Source: a virus. Taken from it: a stretch of 39,749 nt of DNA. The notes below the pieces were generated by a model, which saw only the letters and a list, made by a program, of their open reading frames with translations, did not search any database and was not told where the DNA came from. How positions within the stretch are numbered: the stretch's first letter is position 1; each line of letters opens with the position of its first letter. Location of the stretch: IMG/VR virus record IMGVR_UViG_3300034010_000168, positions 1-39,749 of that record. The stretch is one strand, 5' to 3'. A program made the position numbers and the translations under genes. Below are positions 7,105 to 15,260 of this stretch, piece after piece.

Positions 7105-9455
7105 CAGCCTCTGACCCCTGATGCAACTGCGGGTTTCGCTGTGCTGAACTTGTCGCCAGTTTCAACATTCGACTTGATGCCGTCTGTGTTGCTATCCTTC
7201 GAAACCTTTTCGCCCTTTTGATTGAATAGGGCTAAACCGCTTGGGTCATGCATTAGATATTCAATGCCATTGTCGCCGCCCACAACAAAACCCTTGATTC
7301 CGTTTTTAACCATTTCCTCGTATGCTTCTTTTTTTGACAGACCTTTGCCCTTCATTAGTGCGCGTTCAAGTTGAATGTTTGGTTGCGAATTAAACAATGA
7401 TGAAACGTGTTGTTCAACGCCCATTTTTTGGGCAGCTTCACGAACTGCGTTCGGGTTTTGTTCAACATTCACGATTGAACCTTTTTCTGCAAAAGCTGTG
7501 TAAACTTGACCAGTTTTTTCGCCAATGCCGTTTTTTGAAACGTACTGTTCAGAATAACTTTTATCAGGTGAAAACGATGTCCCAACGCCACGCTTTTGAC
7601 CATAGTTTGTTGAAAGGTCTTTTTCGTTTCCAACAACTGATTCAAAGCCTTTCAGGTTGTTGTCTAAAGAACCGTGAAACAATGGGTTGTCGATGTCATA
7701 CTGTTCAGACAATGATTCCAAATCAGATTCTGAAATGTTTGTTTCGTTTGAAACTTTTTTTGTGTTCCCTGACCCAGGCTTTCGTCCTGCACCTTCGCGT
7801 GCGCCGCCCCAGGTTCCCTCATCAAGTTCAATCTGCATTTCCTTGAATGCGCCGTCAAACTTTGGGGAACCGCCGCCGCCCTCGCCTGGCAATGGTGTGC
7901 CTGATGGTTTGAACCCTTTGCCTGCCAATCCCATGACTTTTTCTGCCTCATCACTTGTCATGTTGAATGCCTTTTGCAGCATGAACAGACCTGATTCGCG
8001 TGGCAAGTTGCCTGTTGCAACTGACTGAACAATTTCAATCATGCTTGTCACCTGTGCGCCGTTCAGTGCCTGTTGCTGCACGTTTTCAGCTTGTGGTGCA
8101 GGCTGTGCGCCCTCGACCATTTCGCCAGTGATTGGTTCAGCTTGTCGCAAAGTTTCCTCGATTTGGGTTTCCATGCTGTATTTGCCGCCAGCAAAACGAG
8201 ACAATGACACCTCATCAGCGTCAACAACACCGTTTTGAATGTATATCTGGTCAGTTTCTGCCTGTGTTTTGCGAAGTGTTGCCGTTTCCATGTCGTCGAG
8301 TTGATACAACGGCTTGAATGTCAGGTCCAGACCCTCGGCTGCAATGCCAAGTTCTGCCGCAATCATCTTGAAAACCTGCAAAAGCTTGGGTTTCAAATAG
8401 GTTTCTTGCTGGCTTGCAATGTAGTCATACCAGTTGTCCTGTTCATGTCTGCCAGTGCCGCCCATTCCTGTGGGTGATTCACCCAAAAGGACAGTGCGTG
8501 GGATATTCGTGCCCCCAACAAGTCGGTTTTCAACCTTGCCAAGCAATTCAGAAACGCCAGCAACTGACCCAATCTTGTATTCGAAGTCCTCGCCCTCGGC
8601 ATCAATCACCACAGCACGCGCAACCGATCTTGAAAGGTTCGCAATTTCCATTCGCTTGATGATCAAGTCGTCATTGTCAGCCGCAATTTGGTCGGCCAAG
8701 TTCTTGATTTTGAACACGGCAATTCGAAAGTCCTGCAATGTTGAACTGGCTGCGTCATGACTCAACTGATAGTTTCGAATCGAGTTCTGCAAGTTGTTCA
8801 GGACCGAGTCGCCCCAATAGTTGTTTTGCTGCATGAACCGCAAAGGCAAAGTTTTGCCGTCGAATCTGATGATTCGTGTTGCGTGAATCTTTGTCAGGAC
8901 CTCAACCGTCGAACCTGAAACCCTTGGTTGGTATGAATACACCCGAGGGGTCAAATAGTTTGGGGACAAAAGATTAAAGTCCATGTCCTCATGTTGCGCG
9001 TAAAGTTCCCACATCGAAACCGCATTCACCCCACGCAGGAATGCATTGGGTCTCATCGGTTCTTGCAAGTTTCGCATTTCATCGGTCAGCATGATCAAGC
9101 CTGCGCCGCCGTACCGTCGCGCCATTTTCCAAGCGTGTGCGAACTTTGGCAGAATCTGCATTTCAGAGGCTTTCATCAAAAGCTTTTTGGCCTGTTCCTT
9201 GTCGATTCCCTCAAGTTCGAACCCTTCGCGCAAGGACTCATCAACCAAGGCGTCAACAATCTTGGCCGCCATTTCGTCGGCTGCATACAAGTTGTCAGCG
9301 TCAACCTCTGGTAATCGTTCCCAATTGACTTCGGCAGACAAACGCTTGTCCATTCCCTTGACCCCAAGTCCAGTCAGGACGTTGGCCCAGCCATCCATGT
9401 TCACGCGCTTTTGAATCAATGCTTTTGATTGTTTTGAAATTTGTTTCTTTGCCAT
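7104..9455 (-). CDS. Portal protein (DUF1073/HI1409-like, about aa 1-515) fused to a Gly-rich linker and a C-terminal extension of about 230 aa with PARP-like ADP-ribosyltransferase motifs
   Basis: 783 aa. The N-terminus 'DGWANVLTGLGVKGMDKRLS' is portal-like, and the gene lies between terL and MuF. The C-terminal motifs 'PLFHGS', 'GVGTSFSPDKSYSEQY' and 'GIEYLMHD' are discussed in the findings. Confidence 0.85.
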   Translation of the reverse strand: MAKKQISKQSKALIQKRVNMDGWANVLTGLGVKGMDKRLSAEVNWERLPEVDADNLYAADEMAAKIVDALVDESLREGFELEGIDKEQAKKLLMKASEMQILPKFAHAWKMARRYGGAGLIMLTDEMRNLQEPMRPNAFLRGVNAVSMWELYAQHEDMDFNLLSPNYLTPRVYSYQPRVSGSTVEVLTKIHATRIIRFDGKTLPLRFMQQNNYWGDSVLNNLQNSIRNYQLSHDAASSTLQDFRIAVFKIKNLADQIAADNDDLIIKRMEIANLSRSVARAVVIDAEGEDFEYKIGSVAGVSELLGKVENRLVGGTNIPRTVLLGESPTGMGGTGRHEQDNWYDYIASQQETYLKPKLLQVFKMIAAELGIAAEGLDLTFKPLYQLDDMETATLRKTQAETDQIYIQNGVVDADEVSLSRFAGGKYSMETQIEETLRQAEPITGEMVEGAQPAPQAENVQQQALNGAQVTSMIEIVQSVATGNLPRESGLFMLQKAFNMTSDEAEKVMGLAGKGFKPSGTPLPGEGGGGSPKFDGAFKEMQIELDEGTWGGAREGAGRKPGSGNTKKVSNETNISESDLESLSEQYDIDNPLFHGSLDNNLKGFESVVGNEKDLSTNYGQKRGVGTSFSPDKSYSEQYVSKNGIGEKTGQVYTAFAEKGSIVNVEQNPNAVREAAQKMGVEQHVSSLFNSQPNIQLERALMKGKGLSKKEAYEEMVKNGIKGFVVGGDNGIEYLMHDPSGLALFNQKGEKVSKDSNTDGIKSNVETGDKFSTAKPAVASGVRG

Positions 9456-9471
9456 AGCGTCCCCCTGATTT

Positions 9472-10935
9472 TCACATTCTGGTCATCTTCGCCAGTGTTG
9501 CTGATTTTTCCCTGAAACGCAAGATGGCTTGAGTTGAGGCGTCAACACAATCGTCATGACGTGCTGTGGGAAAACCAACAAGTTCGTTGATGTAGTCATG
9601 AACCCAAGGTGCAATCGAAGGGTCTGGCAAAATGATGTTGCCTGCCTCAAAGTCTGGACTGACTGCGTTGAGTCTTGCTTCTTTTGAATCGGTCGGTGAA
9701 ATGCCGACAATCCCTGAAACCTGTCCCTTGAGTGAATCAATCACGGCCTCGCCATTGGCCTTGGCCTCGACAAGTTTCAGATGCGCTTTCGGCCATTTGG
9801 CAGATAGACTTTTGACTGCGGCGACTGTTTCGGTGAAACCGCCTTGAAACCTTGCTTGATCAAGCATCCATTTTTCTGCCCCAATCCTGCCCCAAACCTG
9901 TCCCACGACGTAATCAGAACGGTCGCCGCCCTTGAAGGTCATGTCCCATGACTGGATGATTTCGTCAAACCTCGCTGGCATTTCACGCCAGAACTTGTTC
10001 AGCCATTGCCGTTTGATCAATGAACCCTCGCGTGCGACTGGTTCCTGTTGATATAAGCTGTTCCAAACCCTTGCGCCCTCGTTTTGTGTGGTCACATTCT
10101 TGATGATCATGGTTTCATTCAGGTCGTATTTGTTCGGCCAAAGGACTTCACCTTGATTTCGTGGGTCGCCAGGTGTTGGTTCTGATTCCAAGACCATGGG
10201 GAACTTGACGATTTCCCAATCCATTGACGGTTCACCGCGCTTTTTGGCGTCCGCGTCCTGTTTCAAAAGTCTGCCTGCCAAGTCGTCCTCATGCCATCGG
10301 GTCATAACCAAAGCCATGGAACAGTTTTTTTCACGGCGTGTGAACAGTGTGGACAAATACCAGTCCCAGACCTTTTGCCTGTATGTTGGCGAGTCGGCCT
10401 CACTCTGATTCTTAACGACATCATCAATCAGGATGTAGTTTGCGCCCATGCCTGTGATACCGCCGCCCACGCCTGCGCACCTGTAAACGCCCCCATGTTC
10501 GACGATTTCGAAAATGTCGTTGTTGCGCAGCCAGTTCCCTTGCGCTGCCGTTCGCACGTTTTCCCCTGAAAGCAAGGTGTTTGGAAAAATGTCCCTGTAT
10601 TCCTGCGCGTCGATGATTCGCTGAACATCACGGTTCAACATCTGTGCAAGGTCCGCGCTGTACGATGTCGAAATGATTCGTGCCTTTGGATTGATGCCGA
10701 AAATGTATGCAGGCAACCGTCTTGAAATCAGTTCTGATTTTCCCATTCGTGGCGGCATGAACACCATGATGTTGCGAACCTTTTTGTGTGCGAACTGTTC
10801 AAGTTTTTTGCCCATCAAGACATGGTGCCAGTTGAAATCATAGTCCTTTTTGGTCCATTTGGTGAACGCAAGGAAATTGCCAGCCAGTGCCTTGGCCTTG
10901 ATTGTTTGCCATGCCTTGGCCTGTGCCTCATTCAT
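9472..10935 (-). CDS. terL: Terminase large subunit
   Basis: Walker A 'PPRMGKSE', Walker B 'YILIDD' and nuclease motif 'ARHDDCVDA'. I chose the ATG at 10935 behind GAGGGTTCAGAGG, which overlaps the terS stop by 8 nt. Confidence 0.9.
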   Translation of the reverse strand: MNEAQAKAWQTIKAKALAGNFLAFTKWTKKDYDFNWHHVLMGKKLEQFAHKKVRNIMVFMPPRMGKSELISRRLPAYIFGINPKARIISTSYSADLAQMLNRDVQRIIDAQEYRDIFPNTLLSGENVRTAAQGNWLRNNDIFEIVEHGGVYRCAGVGGGITGMGANYILIDDVVKNQSEADSPTYRQKVWDWYLSTLFTRREKNCSMALVMTRWHEDDLAGRLLKQDADAKKRGEPSMDWEIVKFPMVLESEPTPGDPRNQGEVLWPNKYDLNETMIIKNVTTQNEGARVWNSLYQQEPVAREGSLIKRQWLNKFWREMPARFDEIIQSWDMTFKGGDRSDYVVGQVWGRIGAEKWMLDQARFQGGFTETVAAVKSLSAKWPKAHLKLVEAKANGEAVIDSLKGQVSGIVGISPTDSKEARLNAVSPDFEAGNIILPDPSIAPWVHDYINELVGFPTARHDDCVDASTQAILRFREKSATLAKMTRM

Positions 10936-11539
10936 CCTCTGAACCCTCGATGGCCTCAAGCGCATTGGTCAAGTCTTTGAGTTCTGCAATCACCTCTGAT
11001 GTTGGTTTGACCTCGACCTCTGCCTGTTTCGAATCGTCCTCAACTGTCAGCTTGGCTTTTGGACCCCAACGCAAATTGTGACGGCGTTCAAGTCGCCAGA
11101 TGACTGCCCGAAAGTCTGGCATGATTTCAGACCGCTTGACGATGGGGTTCCCCATAGCATCGCGTTCAATCTTGCCTGTGATTGGGTCACGTTCAAACTC
11201 TTTTGGCCTGCCCTCTGCGAAGGTCTCAACCCTTATGATGTCCCTGACTTCTGACTCTGCAATGGCCTGATGTACTTTTGCCAAAAATTCACCGCATCTT
11301 GACGCAGGGTCCTCTTTTGCTATCCTGCACCATTCCATGAAGGTTGTGCGCGAGACCCCCGAGGCATAAACGGCAACGTCAAAGGCTGCCCCAATCTTGA
11401 TCATGTTGATGACTTTGTCCTCAAGTTCTTGGTCGATTTCGATTTTGGGTCTGCCTGCTTTTTTGTCAGGCTTTGGACCATAGACCGAAAGTGATCTGAC
11501 TGGCGGTTCACCTTTGAGTTTCCTGTATTTTCCAGGCAT
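10928..11539 (-). CDS. terS: Terminase small subunit
   Basis: HTH-like 'GVSRTTFMEWCRIAKE' and 'VIWRLERRHNLRWG', directly upstream of terL. The ATG at 11539 lies 5 nt after the stop of the previous gene, with GAGGAA as SD. Confidence 0.75.
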   Translation of the reverse strand: MPGKYRKLKGEPPVRSLSVYGPKPDKKAGRPKIEIDQELEDKVINMIKIGAAFDVAVYASGVSRTTFMEWCRIAKEDPASRCGEFLAKVHQAIAESEVRDIIRVETFAEGRPKEFERDPITGKIERDAMGNPIVKRSEIMPDFRAVIWRLERRHNLRWGPKAKLTVEDDSKQAEVEVKPTSEVIAELKDLTNALEAIEGSEDE

Positions 11540-11543
11540 GGGT

Positions 11544-11705
11544 CTATTCCTCAACGAAAGCGTCTGCAATGTGCTTTGTGATTTTCATTTCCCTTGGTGC
11601 GACAATAGCAATGACGACCCTGTTCTTGCCTTTGGACTCGACCAGGTGAATTTCAACGAGGTTGTGAATGTTGACAATGTCCCCAAGCTTGATTTCGGTC
11701 AGCAT
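11544..11705 (-). CDS. 53-aa CsrA/RsmA-like small protein (putative RNA-binding translational regulator)
   Basis: 'MLTEIKLGDIVNIHNLVEIHLVESKGKNRVVIAIVAPREMKITKH' aligns by eye to CsrA '[48 protein letters not shown]'. Its ATG overlaps the rusA stop (ATGCTGA). Confidence 0.45.
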   Translation of the reverse strand: MLTEIKLGDIVNIHNLVEIHLVESKGKNRVVIAIVAPREMKITKHIADAFVEE

Positions 11706-12253
11706 TTTCCCAAAGTATTTTTGATGTGGGTCTTGATTTGATTGAGGTTTTGAATTTTTGTCGGTCTGACGACGATGATTGTGCATTCCAAGTCCTTTGA
11801 TTCGCAAGTGACCTTTTGCCAGGTCCCATTCAGAATGAACTTGTCGTCAATGTCTGTCAACTTTGTCAGGCCATCAATGGCCGCTTTGATGTAGTTGTTC
11901 GAATCTGTTCCATGTGGAACATTCGCCCCAACCCAATGCTTTTGATCACCCCTGCCGACTTGTTTCCCCTTGGTGATCATGTCAGGTTCAAAGACTGCAA
12001 AGGTCAAATCAACTGCCAAGACAAACCCCTCATCAATCCATTGCTGCAATGTGCCAGTGATTTCCTGCATGGCTTTGATGTTCTGGTTTCGATAGCGCAG
12101 GACCTCGGCATAGAACATCGTCATTTCATCTGACTTTCGTCTTGAAATAGCAAAAGCAAGTTTAGAGTTGTTGCTCGATGATTTGCGCGTGACCCTGTTG
12201 ACATAGGCCTTGTTCACAGACGGCGGCAGAGGCAGACCGAACAGCGCAATCAT
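11699..12253 (-). CDS. rusA: RusA-like Holliday junction resolvase
   Basis: 'LPLPPSVNKAY' at the N-terminus and 'GTDSNNYIKAAIDGLTKLTDIDDKFI' resemble the RusA D.DN..K...D.L....DD motifs. Confidence 0.6.
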   Translation of the reverse strand: MIALFGLPLPPSVNKAYVNRVTRKSSSNNSKLAFAISRRKSDEMTMFYAEVLRYRNQNIKAMQEITGTLQQWIDEGFVLAVDLTFAVFEPDMITKGKQVGRGDQKHWVGANVPHGTDSNNYIKAAIDGLTKLTDIDDKFILNGTWQKVTCESKDLECTIIVVRPTKIQNLNQIKTHIKNTLGKC

Positions 12254-12278
12254 TCTGGTTTCACAGCATTTTGTTTGG

Positions 12279-12383
12279 TCACAATGCCCCCTTGAGTTTC
12301 ATCCAAATTTCAAAAATCATCACAAGGTTCGCAAGCGTTGCCAGGTATGTGATGACCACAAAGAAAACTAGACCTTTGGTCAT
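12279..12383 (-). CDS. 34-aa single-pass membrane microprotein
   Basis: Hand-translated as MTKGLVFFVVITYLATLANLVMIFEIWMKLKGAL. It has an ATGA start/stop overlap with the upstream 264-aa gene. It falls below the ORF-track cutoff. Confidence 0.55.
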   Translation of the reverse strand: MTKGLVFFVVITYLATLANLVMIFEIWMKLKGAL

Positions 12384-13174
12384 TTCGCCGACCTGATTCC
12401 TGGTTCAATCCATTCGCCCCATTTTTCAAGGCCTCGCCCTGTGCTTGTGTATTTGGTCAAACGCTTGTCCCAATCGGGCACGATTTTCCGATAGACCGAA
12501 ACAATGTCCAACGCCCTTGCGGTTGCAAGCATTGCACCCTGGTCATCATTGTCAGACCAACGAAATGACAATGCCTCAAGGCAAAAGGTTGGCAACCCAA
12601 GCAATTGCAGCAATGTTTTCGGCAAGACCTTCGCGGACGCTGCCAGTGCGCAGATGTGGTGCGGCCATAAGGGGTCAGCGAAGTTGAACCAGACCCATTT
12701 GCCGCCAGTTTCGCGTTTCACAATCTTGGTTGCGAACAGAACAGGCCTTGCATATTTGACCAACCATTGCGGCCAACCTTGAAAGGCAGGTTTCTTTTTG
12801 TGTGGGTTGTCCTTGCATCTGTGTTCATAGTGCGGCCATGGGAACTTGGTCGTTCCCCTGCAATCGCGTTCCCAACTTTGCGCCAAAAACCCATGTTTCA
12901 ATCTTGAAAAAAAGATTCTGCGTGCATTGTCGGTGTGTCCAAGGTGTCCCAACGCGCAGGCAATCGGCATCAACTGGTCGCGTGTCAGATTCCAGGGATT
13001 GTTCCAAGGATATTGCGAAGGATGCCTGCAAACTAGACCTTTTTCGACTTCGAACATTTGAATCATTTGGCAAGGGTCATCAGAAAAAAGAACCGAAAGA
13101 CCTGTGAAGTGTGCCGAATCACCGCCGTCGCCGCCCTCAACAACAACAAAACCATTTGTGTCACGAATCAACAT
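12380..13174 (-). CDS. Hypothetical Trp-rich 264-aa protein with no recognised family
   Basis: The ATG at 13174 is preceded by GAGG. The track extends the ORF to a TTG at 13246, which would overlap the upstream microprotein. No signal peptide or TM segment. Confidence 0.75.
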   Translation of the reverse strand: MLIRDTNGFVVVEGGDGGDSAHFTGLSVLFSDDPCQMIQMFEVEKGLVCRHPSQYPWNNPWNLTRDQLMPIACALGHLGHTDNARRIFFSRLKHGFLAQSWERDCRGTTKFPWPHYEHRCKDNPHKKKPAFQGWPQWLVKYARPVLFATKIVKRETGGKWVWFNFADPLWPHHICALAASAKVLPKTLLQLLGLPTFCLEALSFRWSDNDDQGAMLATARALDIVSVYRKIVPDWDKRLTKYTSTGRGLEKWGEWIEPGIRSAK

Positions 13175-13182
13175 TTCAAACC

Positions 13183-13299
13183 TCACTGACCAAGCGGCAC
13201 TGTTGCCGCATAGATTGCCGCTGCCATTCCAAAACCCATGCCGCAAATCAGTCCTGCAATGATTCCGATTGCAAAACCGTCCTCAAATCGTTTCATCAT
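13183..13299 (-). CDS. 38-aa single-pass membrane microprotein
   Basis: Hand-translated as MMKRFEDGFAIGIIAGLICGMGFGMAAAIYAATVPLGQ. Its start overlaps the stop of the upstream gene (ATGATGA). Its stop lies 8 nt before the ATG of the next gene. Confidence 0.55.
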   Translation of the reverse strand: MMKRFEDGFAIGIIAGLICGMGFGMAAAIYAATVPLGQ

Positions 13300-13577
13300 A
13301 CAACCCCCAACACTTTTTTGATTTCGTGTGCCGTGTCCCCAAGGCGTTCAAGGGTGATGTCGGCAATCATTTCGTTTCGCGTGTTCCTGTTTTGGTGCAA
13401 CAGGTTTCTTGAACCCTCAACATTTGCCAAGCTGTAGGACAAAGTTGCCTCAAGTCGTTCCATGTATTTGATCAAAGGCTTGATTTCAGAATAGTTGACA
13501 AGCAAATCAGCGCGTTCGCCGCCGCCCTTTTGCCGTTCCTCTAGTTGTTTGATGATTGCCAAGACCTCACCGCGCAT
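13296..13577 (-). CDS. Hypothetical early protein (93 aa)
   Basis: ORF with SD GAGGGGGAAAA immediately before the ATG. Confidence 0.7.
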   Translation of the reverse strand: MRGEVLAIIKQLEERQKGGGERADLLVNYSEIKPLIKYMERLEATLSYSLANVEGSRNLLHQNRNTRNEMIADITLERLGDTAHEIKKVLGVV

Positions 13578-13776
13578 TTTTCCCCCTCGGTTTTCGTTGT
13601 GTTTTGATGTTGTATGCCCTCAAGAACATTGAAACGTGTTCTTGTTCCAACAGATTGCCTCGGTTTGTCCGATAGCCCATGTCATTCAAAATGCCTGCAA
13701 TATCTTTTTGGGTCTTGGTTTTCTTGAGTTCAAGGACCTTTGGCAAAATCAGTTGATCAAGCTTTTTGAAAGTCAT
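13567..13776 (-). CDS. Small HTH DNA-binding protein (resolvase-type HTH)
   Basis: 'QKDIAGILNDMGYRTNRGNLL' is HTH-like and resembles the protein at 14592..14843. ATGA coupling to the upstream gene. Confidence 0.55.
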   Translation of the reverse strand: MTFKKLDQLILPKVLELKKTKTQKDIAGILNDMGYRTNRGNLLEQEHVSMFLRAYNIKTQRKPRGKNAR

Positions 13777-14009
13777 TTTTTTGAAGCCTTTTTGCGTGCA
13801 GGTTGGACTTGAAAATCTGCAATGTAAACTTTCAAAGCTGCCTCAACGACTGCTGTGATTGTCACACCCTCTGCCTTGGCCTTGGCAAAAGCTTTTTCAA
13901 CAATGTCCTTGTCAACCTTGGCCTGAACTGGTCGCCAGTTTTTCTTTTTCTTTATTGAGTCTTGAAAGTCCATGTGACCCCTCGCTTGTGTTTCTTTTTG
14001 TCGTGACAT
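13773..14009 (-). CDS. Ribbon-helix-helix (CopG/Arc-like) DNA-binding protein
   Basis: 'RPVQAKVDKDIVEKAFAKAKAEGVTITAVVEAALKVYI' has the strand-helix-helix pattern. Its ATG abuts the upstream TAG. Confidence 0.5.
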   Translation of the reverse strand: MSRQKETQARGHMDFQDSIKKKKNWRPVQAKVDKDIVEKAFAKAKAEGVTITAVVEAALKVYIADFQVQPARKKASKK

Positions 14010-14576
14010 CTAGTCAGACGAATCAGGGTTGAAGTCAATCAATTTCATGATGCCGTTTTCCTGCACCTCGTAAAGCGCACAACCATGGTCTGCCTTTCGA
14101 GTCTTAAGGTCTGGCGGCAGGTATGTTCTGACATGATGTGGTTCAAGCTTGTCGGCAACCTCTGCAAAAGTGTTGAACCCGTCCATGATGTGGTTCATTG
14201 ACCATTGGTGAACCATGACAAACCCTCGAATGTTTTGGGTTGTTTCAGAAAAAACGCTGTTCATGATGGCTTTCATTTGTGATTCACCATTCAACAGCAC
14301 ATCAATGGTTTTGTTCTGGCGTTCATCGGCGGCAAGCTGGCGAACCGCTGCATTCTTTTTGTCGGCAATGCGTGACTGCGCGTTGTGAACCAAGTTCAAA
14401 AGGGTTCTGACAGTGCGTTCGATGTTTTCCAGGTGCGCGTCGGTCATTTCTTTTTCGGGGTCTAGGATGTCGGTCATTCTGCGTTGCCAAATTTTGCACA
14501 TCATCTGCGCATCTTTGCGTTCTGATTGGGTCCAACGGTTCATGAGTTCCAAAAGTTTTTGATTTTCTGTTTTCAT
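14010..14576 (-). CDS. Hypothetical early protein (188 aa)
   Basis: ORF with AAAGGGGAAACAA before the ATG. No motif recognised. Confidence 0.7.
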   Translation of the reverse strand: MKTENQKLLELMNRWTQSERKDAQMMCKIWQRRMTDILDPEKEMTDAHLENIERTVRTLLNLVHNAQSRIADKKNAAVRQLAADERQNKTIDVLLNGESQMKAIMNSVFSETTQNIRGFVMVHQWSMNHIMDGFNTFAEVADKLEPHHVRTYLPPDLKTRKADHGCALYEVQENGIMKLIDFNPDSSD

Positions 14577-14591
14577 TTGTTTCCCCTTTCA

Positions 14592-14843
14592 CTATTTATT
14601 TTTTTTCAGATTGGCCCTTTTGCAACGAATCGTGTCGGTGTTGATAGGCCCCCCGAATTTGGCGGTATATCCCTCAGAGTTTAGTTTTTGAGCAATCTCA
14701 AAGTCCTCAAGCCCTTGCGCCTTAAGTTTTTCGGCCCTATTGAACCAGTCAGGGCTTTCAATTTTCTGCAAAACTTTGTGATATAGCTTGCCGTTTCGTT
14801 TTTCAAATTCAGTCTTGGACAAAATCAGTTTTGTGGTTTTCAT
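14592..14843 (-). CDS. Small HTH DNA-binding protein
   Basis: 'FEIAQKLNSEGYTAKFGGPINTDTI' is HTH-like. SD is TGGGGGAATAA. Confidence 0.55.
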   Translation of the reverse strand: MKTTKLILSKTEFEKRNGKLYHKVLQKIESPDWFNRAEKLKAQGLEDFEIAQKLNSEGYTAKFGGPINTDTIRCKRANLKKNK

Positions 14844-15023
14844 TTATTCCCCCATTTCCTGACCGACTATTTGGCCGCCCTGAAAGGCTGCCTCTGTGGT
14901 CTCATATATTGAAAAAAAGTCGTCATTCATTTCAAGGTCAAAAGGTCTTTTTGCTTTGTCCTCAAAACCGCTGATGAAAGCGGCTTTGAGTTGTTCGATT
15001 GTTGGTTGTTTTTGTTGTTCCAT
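14844..15023 (-). CDS. 59-aa acidic early protein
   Basis: Hand-translated as MEQQKQPTIEQLKAAFISGFEDKAKRPFDLEMNDDFFSIYETTEAAFQGGQIVGQEMGE. Its ATG abuts the upstream TAA, and its own TAA abuts the next ATG. It is one residue below the track cutoff. Confidence 0.6.
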   Translation of the reverse strand: MEQQKQPTIEQLKAAFISGFEDKAKRPFDLEMNDDFFSIYETTEAAFQGGQIVGQEMGE

Positions 15024-15260
15024 TTATTGCCCCTCTGCAATTGGCAGGGTTGCAACAAAGCGACCCTGTAAATCAAGAACTCTTAAGTTCCAACCATTAT
15101 AATTGTCTTGCGCAACAACAAGGTTTTCAAAACCACGAATGAAAGAAAAATCAAAAGTCTCAACTTGATTAAGTTTCAACATCAACACATTGTTACCCTG
15201 TGAATCGTATGCAAAAGTTCCTTTGTTTTTCATTTCCTCAATCAGTTTTTGTTTTGTCAT
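15024..15260 (-). CDS. First gene of the leftward operon; hypothetical (78 aa)
   Basis: I chose the ATG at 15258..15260 with GAGG 6 nt upstream. The track start (TTG at 15311) has no SD. Confidence 0.65.
   Translation of the reverse strand: MTKQKLIEEMKNKGTFAYDSQGNNVLMLKLNQVETFDFSFIRGFENLVVAQDNYNGWNLRVLDLQGRFVATLPIAEGQ

Noticed and set aside
11544-11807. The 87-aa version of the ORF upstream of terS
   Set aside because: It would overlap rusA by 109 nt and has a low-complexity N-terminus. The internal ATG at 11705 is coupled to the rusA stop and yields a compact CsrA-like 53-aa protein.
13567-14576. Toxin-antitoxin pair involving the RHH protein
   Set aside because: The RHH gene follows a 188-aa gene with no recognisable toxin motif, rather than preceding it, and the next gene is another small HTH protein. 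The arrangement looks like a string of early regulators rather than a TA module.
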